The position numbers and the translations under genes are program-made. This document shows positions 37,171 through 46,559 of a DNA stretch of 64,000 nt, in pieces. How positions within the stretch are numbered: the stretch's first letter is position 1; every line of letters begins with the position of its first letter. Below the pieces are notes generated by a model. The model was not told the DNA's origin, searched no databases, and saw only the letters and a list, made by a program, of their open reading frames with translations. Source of the stretch: Dehalococcoidia bacterium (GTDB taxonomy: Bacteria > Chloroflexota > Dehalococcoidia > GIF9 > AB-539-J10); assembly GCA_009619075.1 (NCBI GenBank), contig WJOY01000012.1, positions 8,507 to 72,506 on the forward strand. Direction: 5' to 3'.

Positions 37171-37743
37171 ATGGCTACGAAACTAGTGGTAATTAAGTTC
37201 TTCGCCCCTGTCATAGATGCTACAGTCAACGCTCTTATGAATGCTATTGACCAGAAAATGAAGCAGGGAGTAAGGGATTTTATCATCCTTATCTCCTCAC
37301 CTGGCGGCTCTGTTATTCACGGTTTGAGCACGTATAATTACCTGAAAGGGGTGCCCGCCACGATAACTACGCACAACTTCGGTAGCGTGGATTCAATAGG
37401 CATCGTCCTATATTGTGCTGGCTCAAGGAGGCTGTCAGTGCCCCAAGCGAGATTCTTGCTTCACGGTGTTAACGCCCAATTTAAGGGAAACCAGAATTTA
37501 GAAGAAAAACAGCTAGAAGAAAGGTTAAAAGGATTAAGAATTGACATCGAGAACATCGCAAAAGTAATTGCGGCAAACACGGGCAAAAGTGTAAAGGATG
37601 TAACGAATGCCATGCTTGAAAGGACGACATTGAACCCAGAGGAGGCACAATCCTGGGGTTTAGTGCATGAAATCAAGTCACAGTTATTTGAAGCGGGAAG
37701 CGAAGTGATCTCCATACAATTTCAGCAACCGCAAAAACCATGA
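37171..37743 (+). CDS. ClpP-family protease
   Basis: ISSPGGSV, GSVDSIG, RFLLH, EEAQSWGLV. Confidence 0.85.
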   Translation: MATKLVVIKFFAPVIDATVNALMNAIDQKMKQGVRDFIILISSPGGSVIHGLSTYNYLKGVPATITTHNFGSVDSIGIVLYCAGSRRLSVPQARFLLHGVNAQFKGNQNLEEKQLEERLKGLRIDIENIAKVIAANTGKSVKDVTNAMLERTTLNPEEAQSWGLVHEIKSQLFEAGSEVISIQFQQPQKP

Positions 37744-37794
37744 CATTGCCTATAAGCATGGTTAACCAAATATGGGGCTCATAAGGAGGAGAGT

Positions 37795-38970
37795 ATGGTA
37801 AAACATATTTTTAAAGGGCTGGCTGCCATTCTTATAGTCACGCTACTGATGATATTCACTGCAGAGCCAGTTTTAGCATTTGATACTCGCAGTGGAGCAA
37901 CTGTCACCATAGTTAGTGGAGAGGTAGTTGACGATGACCTTTATGTGGCTGCTGAGACCATTACCATTAGTGGCACTATTAATGGCGACCTCTGGGCTGC
38001 TGGTAGCACAATCACCGTCACTGGCGTAGTTAACGGCAGCATTATGGCTGCTGGCAGGACAGTCAACATCGATGGTGATATTAGCCATGCTGTGCGGGCA
38101 GCAGGCGAAACTATCAACATTAACGGCGATGTTAGCGGTGATGTGATGGTTGGTTGTAGCGAGGTGAATATAGCCAGTACAGCTAAAATTGGTGGTGACC
38201 TCCTTTTCGGCGCTGGAATTGCACGCATTGCTGGACTTATTGAGGGTGACATCAAGGGTGGAGGAAGCAAGGTCACCATAAGCAACGGGGTAAAGGGAAA
38301 CGTTGCTCTCAAAGTTGAGAGCCTGACAATATTGCCTACGGCAAATATTCAAGGCGACCTAACCTACACCTGTGAGGAAGAAGCTGATATCCAATCCGGT
38401 GCCCAAATTGGTGGCATGACCACTCATAACCTGCCTGAAGTAAAGGAAAAACGAGCTAAACCCTTCCCCTTCGTCCTTTTCTCTGGCATAGGAGGTAAGG
38501 TAACAGGCTTCATAATGGCTTTGATAGCAGGGCTAGTTATCATTCTCCTTGCCCCAAGACGATTGACATCTATCGCTGAGTCTATACGAAGTAGACCTGG
38601 GGCCAGCGCTGGCTGGGGAACTCTTATCCTGTTTGTTACTCCTATCGCCGCTATAATAGTGTGCATCACTATTATCGGTATCCCCGTGGGATTAATTGCC
38701 TTGGCTCTCTGGGGGATAGCTATTTACCTGGCCCAAATCCCTGTGGGCTTATTTATCGGGCGGTGGATTATTGGCCGCTTCAGAAGGGTGGAGAGTAAAG
38801 CCATCATGGTCGGAGCCCTAGCTTTGGGACTTGTCATCCTTAGGCTCTTGAGGCTAATCCCCTACTTAGGCTTCTTCATTGGACTGGCTGCCATCCTCTT
38901 TGGCTTGGGAGCAGTAGTAGTCTCAGAAAGGGGGCGACGAGCCAGGGCCCGGGAGGCAGAGTCAACCTAG
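37795..38970 (+). CDS. Beta-helix (bactofilin/polymer-forming-like) repeat protein with C-terminal TM bundle
   Basis: Signal peptide, repeated G.I.GD...AG motifs, about 5 TM helices. Confidence 0.75.
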   Translation: MVKHIFKGLAAILIVTLLMIFTAEPVLAFDTRSGATVTIVSGEVVDDDLYVAAETITISGTINGDLWAAGSTITVTGVVNGSIMAAGRTVNIDGDISHAVRAAGETININGDVSGDVMVGCSEVNIASTAKIGGDLLFGAGIARIAGLIEGDIKGGGSKVTISNGVKGNVALKVESLTILPTANIQGDLTYTCEEEADIQSGAQIGGMTTHNLPEVKEKRAKPFPFVLFSGIGGKVTGFIMALIAGLVIILLAPRRLTSIAESIRSRPGASAGWGTLILFVTPIAAIIVCITIIGIPVGLIALALWGIAIYLAQIPVGLFIGRWIIGRFRRVESKAIMVGALALGLVILRLLRLIPYLGFFIGLAAILFGLGAVVVSERGRRARAREAEST

Positions 38971-38977
38971 TTACAAT

Positions 38978-39092
38978 GGAAACTGAATGAAGAAATCGAA
39001 ACTGGCAGTAGCTTATTCGGCTAGATAGAAGGTGACCACTTGGTTAGGGTGGCCAGAATCCACACATCGCAATGACCAAAAAGCTAAATAAA
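38978..39092 (+). pseudogene. Chimeric remnant of the two downstream GNAT genes
   Basis: 38978-39060 resembles 39667-39749; 39056-39090 resembles 39509-39542. Confidence 0.7.
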
Positions 39093-39107
39093 CATTCACC
39101 ACCAAAC

Positions 39108-39542
39108 ATGACTAACTTAATAGTTAAGAAGGTTGAGACTTCACAAGAATTAAAAGACGCCCAGGAAGTAAGACGCCAAGTCTTTACCGAAGAACAAGGA
39201 ATAAAACGAGAGGTGGACATTAATGGGCTGGACCAGAATTCAGACCATGTTATTGCCTATGATAACGACATTCCAATTGGAACTGCGAGAATTAGGTACA
39301 AAATTGGTATCCAAGCGAAGCTTGAGAGGATTGCTGTGTTAAAACCCTATCGAGGCCAAGGAATCGGTAAAAGAATAATCGCAGCATCCTTAGGATTGGC
39401 TAAGACAAAAGGGGCATTAGAAGTAATATTGGATTCGCAGCAGTCCGCTGCAGGGTTTTATGAAAAGCTCGGCTTCCGACAAGAAGGAGCGCCATTTGAA
39501 GAAGTGGGAATCCCACATATAGCAATGACCAAAAAACTGTAA
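39108..39542 (+). CDS. GNAT acetyltransferase (ElaA-like)
   Basis: RRQVFTEEQ, AVLKPYRGQGIG, FYEKLGF, GIPHIAM. Confidence 0.92.
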   Translation: MTNLIVKKVETSQELKDAQEVRRQVFTEEQGIKREVDINGLDQNSDHVIAYDNDIPIGTARIRYKIGIQAKLERIAVLKPYRGQGIGKRIIAASLGLAKTKGALEVILDSQQSAAGFYEKLGFRQEGAPFEEVGIPHIAMTKKL

Positions 39543-39544
39543 AA

Positions 39545-40030
39545 ATGATTCGCAGTCTATCGCCCTCAGACTTTGACGCTATCCTAAAGGTCATAAATGA
39601 TGCTGCACAGGCTTACAAAGGTGTAATTCCGAGTGATAGGTGGAAGGAACCTTATATGTCAGCCAAGGAACTAAAAGAGGAAATTGAAGCTGGTGTTAGA
39701 TTCTTCGGATGGATAGAAGATGACCATTTACTTGGAGTAGCAGGAATCCAACCTGTCAAAGATACTACGTTGATCAGGCATACCTATGTAGCTACAAAAT
39801 GCCAGGGAAGAGGAATCGGCAGTAAGTTACTTGAACACCTAATAAGCTTAGCCGAAACTCCCGAAACCCTGGTGGGAACCTGGGCCGATGCCACCTGGGC
39901 CACCCGATTTTATGAGAAACACAGCTTCAAGCTAGTACCACTCGAGGAAAAGGATAGACTCCTGCGAACATATTGGAACATCCCTGAGAGGCAGATTGAA
40001 ACCTCAGTTGTGCTAAAGTTTACCAAGTAA
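39545..40030 (+). CDS. GNAT acetyltransferase
   Basis: LIRHTYV..CQGRGIGSKLL, FYEKHSF. Confidence 0.9.
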   Translation: MIRSLSPSDFDAILKVINDAAQAYKGVIPSDRWKEPYMSAKELKEEIEAGVRFFGWIEDDHLLGVAGIQPVKDTTLIRHTYVATKCQGRGIGSKLLEHLISLAETPETLVGTWADATWATRFYEKHSFKLVPLEEKDRLLRTYWNIPERQIETSVVLKFTK

Positions 40031-40183
40031 ATTTGGGCCTTAAGCCGATGTTACCCAAGGGCGGCTGAGGTCAACACCCGCTCCATAAGCGATAGAAAAC
40101 TCCACTTGAATACGCAAAATCAGAGCTAAAATGCAGATAGTGCAAACAAAACGCTATACTTATATAAGAAAGGAGGTATTCAC

Positions 40184-40702
40184 ATGGTGCCAAAGAAATC
40201 GATTTCCACAAAGGAGCCACAAATCCTTGAAACGCCATCGCGGAAGATGGCCGTGGTCTATATGAAGGGTGACCCAAACAAGGTAATGCCAGAATTCCTG
40301 CCAGCGCTCTATGGTTCAGTCTACAAACTGAAGTTCGAACTCAAAAAGAAAGGCATCGAATTTAAAATAGACAAGCTGCGAGCAAGGTGGCCCAATGCCC
40401 ACCTTGTCCCTAAGGATGAATGGCTTGGAATCTGTGGTCTGCCTATTCCCGAAGATACGACTTCTCTGCCACAAAAAGTCCTCGACATCGAAGTCAAGAT
40501 TGAAAAATGGGACTACGGCACAGTGGCACAGATTCTCCACATCGGGCCTTATAGTGAAGAGGGAGCCACGGTTGAGCGCCTGCATAAATTCATCGAGGAA
40601 AACGGTTACGAGATAGCCGGCGTTCATGAGGAGGAATACCTCACGAGCCCTGATGCAAAAGTCCAGAAGACCATCATCCGCTACCCCATTAAGAAGAAAT
40701 AG
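40184..40702 (+). CDS. GyrI-like small-molecule-binding protein
   Basis: AQILHIGPYSEE, HEEEYLTSP. Confidence 0.85.
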   Translation: MVPKKSISTKEPQILETPSRKMAVVYMKGDPNKVMPEFLPALYGSVYKLKFELKKKGIEFKIDKLRARWPNAHLVPKDEWLGICGLPIPEDTTSLPQKVLDIEVKIEKWDYGTVAQILHIGPYSEEGATVERLHKFIEENGYEIAGVHEEEYLTSPDAKVQKTIIRYPIKKK

Positions 40703-40814
40703 GCGAACTTGTTATAATCATAGAGAGTGGGCAGTTACCGAGATACCTTTACCACACGGCTTTTCAGCCAACGAATCCTGTAGACAACTGGTGTGGCTTT
40801 TGCCCTAAGCTAAA

Positions 40815-41378
40815 ATGAGCGTAATGGAAGAACTTAATCTCGCAGGTTGCTGCGGAATATTTTGTGGTTTGTGTAGCAAATATCAGTCGAAAGCGCCAAG
40901 CAGGTGTATCGGCTGTCGATTAGGTGAGCAGCATTCATGGTGTAGCATCTACCGATGCTGCGTGATGAAGAAAGGATTCACTACCTGCGCTGAGTGTCAG
41001 GAATATCCTTGTGAAAGGTATTCTCGAAGGGGTTGGGGAGCAGACCAATGGAGCCAAACTGCCGTGCAGAACCTGGAAAGGATTAAGGGAACTGGGATGA
41101 AGGATTGGCTGAAAGAGCAAAGAAAGCGGCGACTACTACTGGAGAATCTGCTCACCAACTACAATGAAGGCAGGTCAATGAGCTTCTATTGCCTGGCTGT
41201 GGCACTTATGCCTTCTGGACTGATTGATAAAGCGATAAGTGAGTTAAAGGAAAAGCTGGCTATCAATCAGATCGATAACTCGGACATAAAAGCCAAGGCA
41301 ACCACACTCAGGGGAATTATTCAAGGCTTGGCTCGAGAAGCGGGCATCGAACTAAAACTTAGAAAGAAGGGAGGATAA
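40815..41378 (+). CDS. DUF3795-like cysteine-rich protein
   Basis: GCCGIFCGLC..CIGC..CSIYRCC..CAECQEYPC. Confidence 0.8.
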   Translation: MSVMEELNLAGCCGIFCGLCSKYQSKAPSRCIGCRLGEQHSWCSIYRCCVMKKGFTTCAECQEYPCERYSRRGWGADQWSQTAVQNLERIKGTGMKDWLKEQRKRRLLLENLLTNYNEGRSMSFYCLAVALMPSGLIDKAISELKEKLAINQIDNSDIKAKATTLRGIIQGLAREAGIELKLRKKGG

Positions 41379-41380
41379 AA

Positions 41381-41878
41381 GTGGTTACTAAAGTAGAAGA
41401 GGTCAAAAATCTGGTTGAGCTGGGAATTAAACAACCCCAAGAAGCATTTCCTAGAATTAAGCAGTTGGCCCAAAGTGATGACTGGAAAGTGCGGGAGGTA
41501 GCCGCCACTTGCTTGGTTGAAATTAGTAAGAAGAAAACCGATGAAATGATTCAAGAGATGTTACACTGGGCCAATGATAGTAACCCGAATGTTAGAAGAA
41601 CTTCAAGTGAGGGCTTAAGAGAGGCTGCTAGAAGAAATCCTGACAAAGTGCTCCCTGTTATTGAGAAATTAAAGAAGGATGATAACCTTTATGTCAAGAA
41701 ATCCGTGGCCAATGTGCTCAGAAATGCCTCAAGATACAATCCAAACCTAGTATTTGAGCTATGCCAGAAATGGGCACTCCTTGGAAATCCCAATACCAAC
41801 TGGATAATCAAAGACGGCATTAAAAAGTTATCCTCTGAGCAACAAAAGGAGATTCTATCTCTTATCAAAAGAGCATAA
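41381..41878 (+). CDS. HEAT-repeat (DNA alkylation repair-like) protein
   Basis: DWKVREVA, NVRRTSSEGLR, YVKKSVANVLRN. Confidence 0.75.
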   Translation: MVTKVEEVKNLVELGIKQPQEAFPRIKQLAQSDDWKVREVAATCLVEISKKKTDEMIQEMLHWANDSNPNVRRTSSEGLREAARRNPDKVLPVIEKLKKDDNLYVKKSVANVLRNASRYNPNLVFELCQKWALLGNPNTNWIIKDGIKKLSSEQQKEILSLIKRA

Positions 41879-41997
41879 CTAAATGAAGTGCTCGATCAAA
41901 TCCCGATCAAATCAATCCTAAATAAGCACGGAATCAAACATAGCATTATTTAGCCGCAGCTTGGGGCGGGATACTTTACATTTATCGCCTATTTGCC

Positions 41998-42134
41998 ATC
42001 TCCTCTCAAACTGAAAACCACCCAACTAGCATAAAATTGGCTTTGTTATAATTGTGATATATTAAAAGATATGGCATGAGATAATGCAGGCTAGGCCGAG
42101 ACACGCACAGAGTTCGTATATTTCGATGTTAAAC
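41998..42134 (+). repeat. Family A promoter + attI-like element, copy 1
   Basis: About 135-bp element shared with 44441-44571 and 52184-52322; ends gagttcgtata-tttcgat-GTTAAAC. Confidence 0.75.
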
Positions 42135-42204
42135 GAAATCGAAAGACCTAAAAACCAGAATATCCATATCTTAATTTATTAATCCACCAAATAGAGGAAA
42201 TATT

Positions 42205-42411
42205 ATGAAAGAAGAAGCAAAAATATCTCTTTCCCGCAATGCTGTAATAATATTTTTTGCCATTGTAATTATCACAGTGATTCTGATTGAAGATATAGCT
42301 AAAACCTCCTTATCAAAGCTATATATAATGCTACCGGCATTATTTATCTTGGGTGAATGCATTAAGGCAGGTGATACAAAAAAGATAGTTCCAACAACAA
42401 TTAATGCTTAA
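42205..42411 (+). CDS. Small membrane protein, possibly a truncated cassette gene
   Basis: Two hydrophobic segments, AT-rich, directly after an att-like site. Confidence 0.45.
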   Translation: MKEEAKISLSRNAVIIFFAIVIITVILIEDIAKTSLSKLYIMLPALFILGECIKAGDTKKIVPTTINA

Positions 42412-42428
42412 TGTTTTTGCCAGTGCAC

Positions 42429-42472
42429 GAACTTCCCTTATCTGCAAAACGTGATATGAAATCATGGACATT
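42429..42472 (+). other. Degenerate right arm of an attC-like site
   Basis: gaacttcccttatctgcaaaacGTGATATG resembles the aacttc-N-aaacGTT arms at 62934-62962 and 63678-63706. Confidence 0.45.
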
Positions 42473-42538
42473 GGGCCTGGAAAATGATAAAACATTAAGA
42501 AGGGTCGAATTTATAACAAACAAGTAGGAGGTGGGAAA

Positions 42539-42820
42539 ATGCTATCAACAATACCGATAAATCTTGACAAGGTAAGAAAAGAGGATTTGGATAGAGAGAC
42601 ACTGAGAGTCGGAATAATAGCTGAATTAGATGCTGTAAATCTCTACGAGCAATTGGCAGTCATGACTGAAAATAGAAATATTAAGAAGCTTCTTTTGGAT
42701 ATAGCAAAAGAGGAAAAGACCCATGTAGGAGAATTTCAAGCTCTGTTGCTAAAACAAGATGAAGAGCAAAAAAGGGAATTAGAAGAGGGCAAGAAAGAGA
42801 TTGATGAGTTAATAAAATAA
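42539..42820 (+). CDS. Ferritin-like/rubrerythrin-family protein
   Basis: AELDAVNLYEQ...IAKEEKTHVGEF di-iron motif. Confidence 0.88.
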   Translation: MLSTIPINLDKVRKEDLDRETLRVGIIAELDAVNLYEQLAVMTENRNIKKLLLDIAKEEKTHVGEFQALLLKQDEEQKRELEEGKKEIDELIK

Positions 42821-42832
42821 AGGGGGGGAAAT

Positions 42833-43447
42833 ATGGAAACAACCAAGTTTTACTCTTTGCCAAAACTGCCCTATGAATACAAGGACCTAGAGCCATATAT
42901 ATCTGAAGAGCAATTGAAGATTCACCACAGTAAACATCATCAAGCATACGTTAATGGCGCGAATGCAATACTTGAGAAGCTCGACAAAGCACGAAAAGAG
43001 GATACCACCCTAGATATTAGAGCCACTTTAAAGGAACTGTCCTTCAACATAGGAGGGCATTTACTTCACTCATTGTTCTGGGGCAACTTAGCGCCAACTG
43101 GCAAAGGCGGTGGAAAACCAGGCGGGGTTTTCGGCGAGATGGTAGAGAAAGAGTTTGGTAGCTTTGAGAGATTCAAAAAGGAATTCACTCAAGCCGCTAT
43201 TGGCGTAGAAGGCTCCGGATGGGCAGCACTAACTTTCTGCAAGCAAACCAATAGACCGATAATAATGCAGATAGAGAAGCACAACACTAACATCTACCCT
43301 ATGTTTCGAATTCTAATGGTTCTCGATGTCTTTGAACATGCATACTACCTTGATTACAAGAATGAAAGAGCCAAATTTATCGATGCATTCTGGAATATCG
43401 TTAACTGGGGTGAGGTAAACAAAAGGCTTGAAGGATTATTGAAGTAG
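42833..43447 (+). CDS. sod: Fe/Mn superoxide dismutase
   Basis: [32 protein letters not shown]. Confidence 0.96.
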   Translation: METTKFYSLPKLPYEYKDLEPYISEEQLKIHHSKHHQAYVNGANAILEKLDKARKEDTTLDIRATLKELSFNIGGHLLHSLFWGNLAPTGKGGGKPGGVFGEMVEKEFGSFERFKKEFTQAAIGVEGSGWAALTFCKQTNRPIIMQIEKHNTNIYPMFRILMVLDVFEHAYYLDYKNERAKFIDAFWNIVNWGEVNKRLEGLLK

Positions 43448-43545
43448 TATATTGCAACGTTGATGCCTTGTGGTAAACTGGTTAGAAATTAGAGCGCACC
43501 GTTGGCCTATAACTTCATGGTTGCTTCGCTCTACTGTTTTTGCGC

Positions 43546-43611
43546 CTATAACTCAGGCTTTGCCACCACTTCGTTCGCCCAGGTGCTTCGCAAAGCTTGG
43601 GGATGTTGTGC
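43546..43611 (+). other. attC-like site
   Basis: ctaTAAC-tcaggctttgc...gcaaagcttgg-ggat-GTTGTGC imperfect hairpin; a second cctataac left arm at 43506. Confidence 0.65.
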
Positions 43612-43653
43612 GGCAATGATTACTGCATCACATAAAGGAAGGGATGATGCCAC

Positions 43654-44394
43654 ATGAAACGCTTAAGTTGGCAGATTCGCTTGGGTTTATTGCTGCTTGC
43701 ATTATCTGCGATTGTTTATCTCATCCATTACGCAATCTTTAGAGATCCCCACCATATCTTCCTTTGGAGTATAACGAGCTTTGCATTTCTCCCTATTTCG
43801 GTTCTGTTTGTTACTCTGATAATAAATCAGTTGTTGAGTGGGAGGGAAAAGCGAGTCCGGCTAGAAAAGCTAGAGATGGTCATAGGAACCTTCTTTAGTG
43901 AAGTTGGAACAAGACTGCTAGCTTTCCTTTCCGACTCTGACCCTAAATTGGATGAGATTAGAAAAGAACTTATTGTAACCAACGATTGGTCTGAGCAAGA
44001 ATTTTCTGGTGTTAGCAACCGCCTCAAGAATTACGATTACGGGGTTGAGATGGAGAAGATCGACTTAGAAGATTTACGAAGTTTCCTTGGAGGAAAAAAC
44101 AACTTCTTACTGAGGCTACTGGAAAACCCGACTTTATTGGAGCACGAGGCCTTTGCAGAGCTACTTCGAGCGGTGTTTCATTTGACTGAGGAATTATCCG
44201 CCCGGAAAGATACAAGGCGGTTGCCCACTTCCGATCGTGAGCATCTCGCTGGTGACATAAAAAGAGTATATGTCTTGCTTGTCCGTCAGTGGTTGGATTA
44301 TATGAGATATTTGAAGGATAACTATCCCTATCTCTTTTCTCTTGTCGTGAGAACCAATCCTTTTGATCAAAATGCATCACCGATAGTGAAATGA
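43654..44394 (+). CDS. Conserved hypothetical membrane protein
   Basis: Two N-terminal TM segments; FFSEVG, LLENP.LLEHE, YPYLFS..RTNPF. Confidence 0.75.
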   Translation: MKRLSWQIRLGLLLLALSAIVYLIHYAIFRDPHHIFLWSITSFAFLPISVLFVTLIINQLLSGREKRVRLEKLEMVIGTFFSEVGTRLLAFLSDSDPKLDEIRKELIVTNDWSEQEFSGVSNRLKNYDYGVEMEKIDLEDLRSFLGGKNNFLLRLLENPTLLEHEAFAELLRAVFHLTEELSARKDTRRLPTSDREHLAGDIKRVYVLLVRQWLDYMRYLKDNYPYLFSLVVRTNPFDQNASPIVK

Positions 44395-44440
44395 ATGGCT
44401 TTAGCCCTTCTTGTATTTGCAAGTCATCGTCTCTGTTGAT

Positions 44441-44571
44441 ATCTCCTCTCAAAGTGAACCCCCCAACAAAGGAAAATTAACTCTTATGATTGTGATATAT
44501 TAAAGATGTGGCCTGAAACAAAACAGGCTAGACCAAGACACGCACAGAGTTCGTATATTTCGATGGTGAGG
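44441..44571 (+). repeat. Family A promoter + attI-like element, copy 2
   Basis: 30 bp identical to copy 1 (agacacgcacagagttcgtatatttcgatg), ending at the predicted crossover G. Confidence 0.75.
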
Positions 44572-44633
44572 AAATGGTGGGCGGCGCACACAAATGAATC
44601 GTATGTGGTAAGCAACAGAATCAGGTTAACAGG

Positions 44634-45797
44634 ATGATAAAGATTAAAAAAGTTGGACTTGGAATAATAGCGGTAATAGTGGTGCTTGTTGGCTTATGGA
44701 TGTACCATGCTCACGGACTCTATGAGAAAAGTTATAGAAGCGAATATCACTACGGAATTAGGATACAACCTGATTCAGTCCTGCACAACATTACATTATT
44801 CGTGCCGTTGCCTGTATTTGAGGAAGAATCGAAAATAGGTGATGAGATTATAGTCGGAAACTATTTTATCATGGGTGGAAAGTTCTCAAAACCAGATGAT
44901 TGGGATTGCCGCATTGTCGAAACAGAGCACGGAAAGATGCTTAAAATCAATGCAGAGAAGATAGCCCCAGAGTTTCATTCTCTTCCTGTGCCTATAGAAG
45001 ATGCCGCCGAGCAAATTGTTATTGCCAAATGGATGTTAAGGATGATGGGATATAAGTATGGGGTAACCATCAGCTTTGCCCCCAAGATTTTGGTTGGACA
45101 TGCCGGTAGTGGTCTTCATATTCACACAAGATTGGTCAGAAATGGGAAGAATATGATGATTGAAGGAAGTGGGTTAAGTAGTATAGCCAAAAAGGCTATT
45201 GCTGGCTATTTAGCGCTGGCTCCCTCTCTGACTGCCTTCGGTAATACTATCCCTACCTCTTATCTGAGATTAGTCTCCCATCAGGAAGCACCAACAAATA
45301 TATGCTGGGGTGATAGAAACCGATCTGTGTTAGTAAGGGTTCCTTTAGGATGGATAAATGTTAAGAATATGGCCAGAGATGCCAATCCACAGGAGAGGAC
45401 AGAATCTTCAGGATTTATTGATAGGCAGACGGTAGAATTTCGCTGTCCTGATGGTTCGGCTAACATTTATCTTCTACTAGCTGGACTAGCTGTGGCCGCT
45501 CGACATGGATTGGAGATGCGAGGTGCGTTGGAAGTGGCTAATAAATTCTATGTGGATATAAACATCTTTTCCTCTGAACATAAGGGGATTCAGGAGAAAC
45601 TGCCTCAGCTACCTGCCTCATGCTGGGAATCAGCCAAAAGTCTTTTGAGAGATCGTGAAATATACCAGAGGAACGGTGTCTTTTCTTCTACGGTAATTGA
45701 TGGGATAGTGAAAAAGCTTAAGAGCTACAACGATAAAGACCTGAGTGAGAAATTATATGGTAGGGAAGATGAGATTAAAAAGTTGCTCGATGAATAG
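44634..45797 (+). pseudogene. Chimeric ORF: unknown membrane-anchored N-terminus fused to the C-terminal half of a glutamine synthetase
   Basis: After LPVP: TISFAPKI.VGHAGSGLHIH, SYLRL..HQEAP, WGDRNRSVLVRVP, VEFRCPD; GS N-terminal domain absent. Confidence 0.75.
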
Positions 45798-45837
45798 CTC
45801 CATTGTTCGTAACATTGAAAGCCATCGCCGTGCAGTA

Positions 45838-45922
45838 TTGAGAGCTACCACAGCGGATGGTAGAATTCCACAAGTCGAAGCGGATTAGACGAACTCTGAG
45901 CTCGTCTATATACCTGTTATCG
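45838..45922 (+). promoter_or_regulatory. Family B promoter (Pc-like) + attI-like site, copy 1
   Basis: TTGAGA-17-TAGAAT; inverted repeat tagacgaact-ctg-agctcgtcta; 7 bp; GTTATCG. Confidence 0.75.
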
Positions 45923-45951
45923 GCTATTTGTGCGGCTCGTATTAAGGGAAT

Positions 45952-46554
45952 GTGCTCATGTTGGAACACGAACCTGGATATCTGAGGGAAGAAGATCTTG
46001 GATATCTGAGGGAAGAAGATTTTAGATATCTAACGAAACTATTGCTGTATCCTGTAGAATCAAAAGAGGTGGATTATAAGTCTGCCATGAAATTTGAGGA
46101 AGGAAAAGATTTTGCTGACAAGTTGGTAAAGCATATTTTAGCATTTGCAAATTCGGGTGGGGGACACCTGGTTATTGGCTATAAAGAGCAGGCTGATGGT
46201 AGCCTTGCTCCTGACCCAGGTATTACAGATGAAATTGTAGCCTCATATGAAGTTACCAGGTTGTGTCAGTATGTTGAAAAATACTTGGACGGGCAGGATA
46301 GAATTAAAATTATAATTTTTAAGGTAGAATTTGCAGGAATTAAGTATCCTGTAATACGTATCTATCGATTTCAAGAGTGTCCGTTTGTTTGCACTAAAGA
46401 TTGTGCTTCTACAGGAGCTAGGGGAGCTATTCTTAAAGCAGGTCGGGTATATATAAGGACTGAGGGTGCAAGGACACTTGAGGTTGCGATAGTCAAAGCA
46501 TCTCCTGAATGGAGACAATTAATAAGTGAATGTAGAAAGCGTGGTAAGGAGTAG
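45952..46554 (+). CDS. Schlafen AlbA_2 domain protein
   Basis: ESKEVDYKS, KHILAFANSGGGHLVIG, VYIR. Confidence 0.88.
   Translation: MLMLEHEPGYLREEDLGYLREEDFRYLTKLLLYPVESKEVDYKSAMKFEEGKDFADKLVKHILAFANSGGGHLVIGYKEQADGSLAPDPGITDEIVASYEVTRLCQYVEKYLDGQDRIKIIIFKVEFAGIKYPVIRIYRFQECPFVCTKDCASTGARGAILKAGRVYIRTEGARTLEVAIVKASPEWRQLISECRKRGKE
45975..46020 (+). repeat. 24-bp tandem duplication (GYLREED twice)
   Basis: tggatatctgagggaagaagat repeated with period 24. Confidence 0.9.
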
Positions 46555-46559
46555 AGGTC

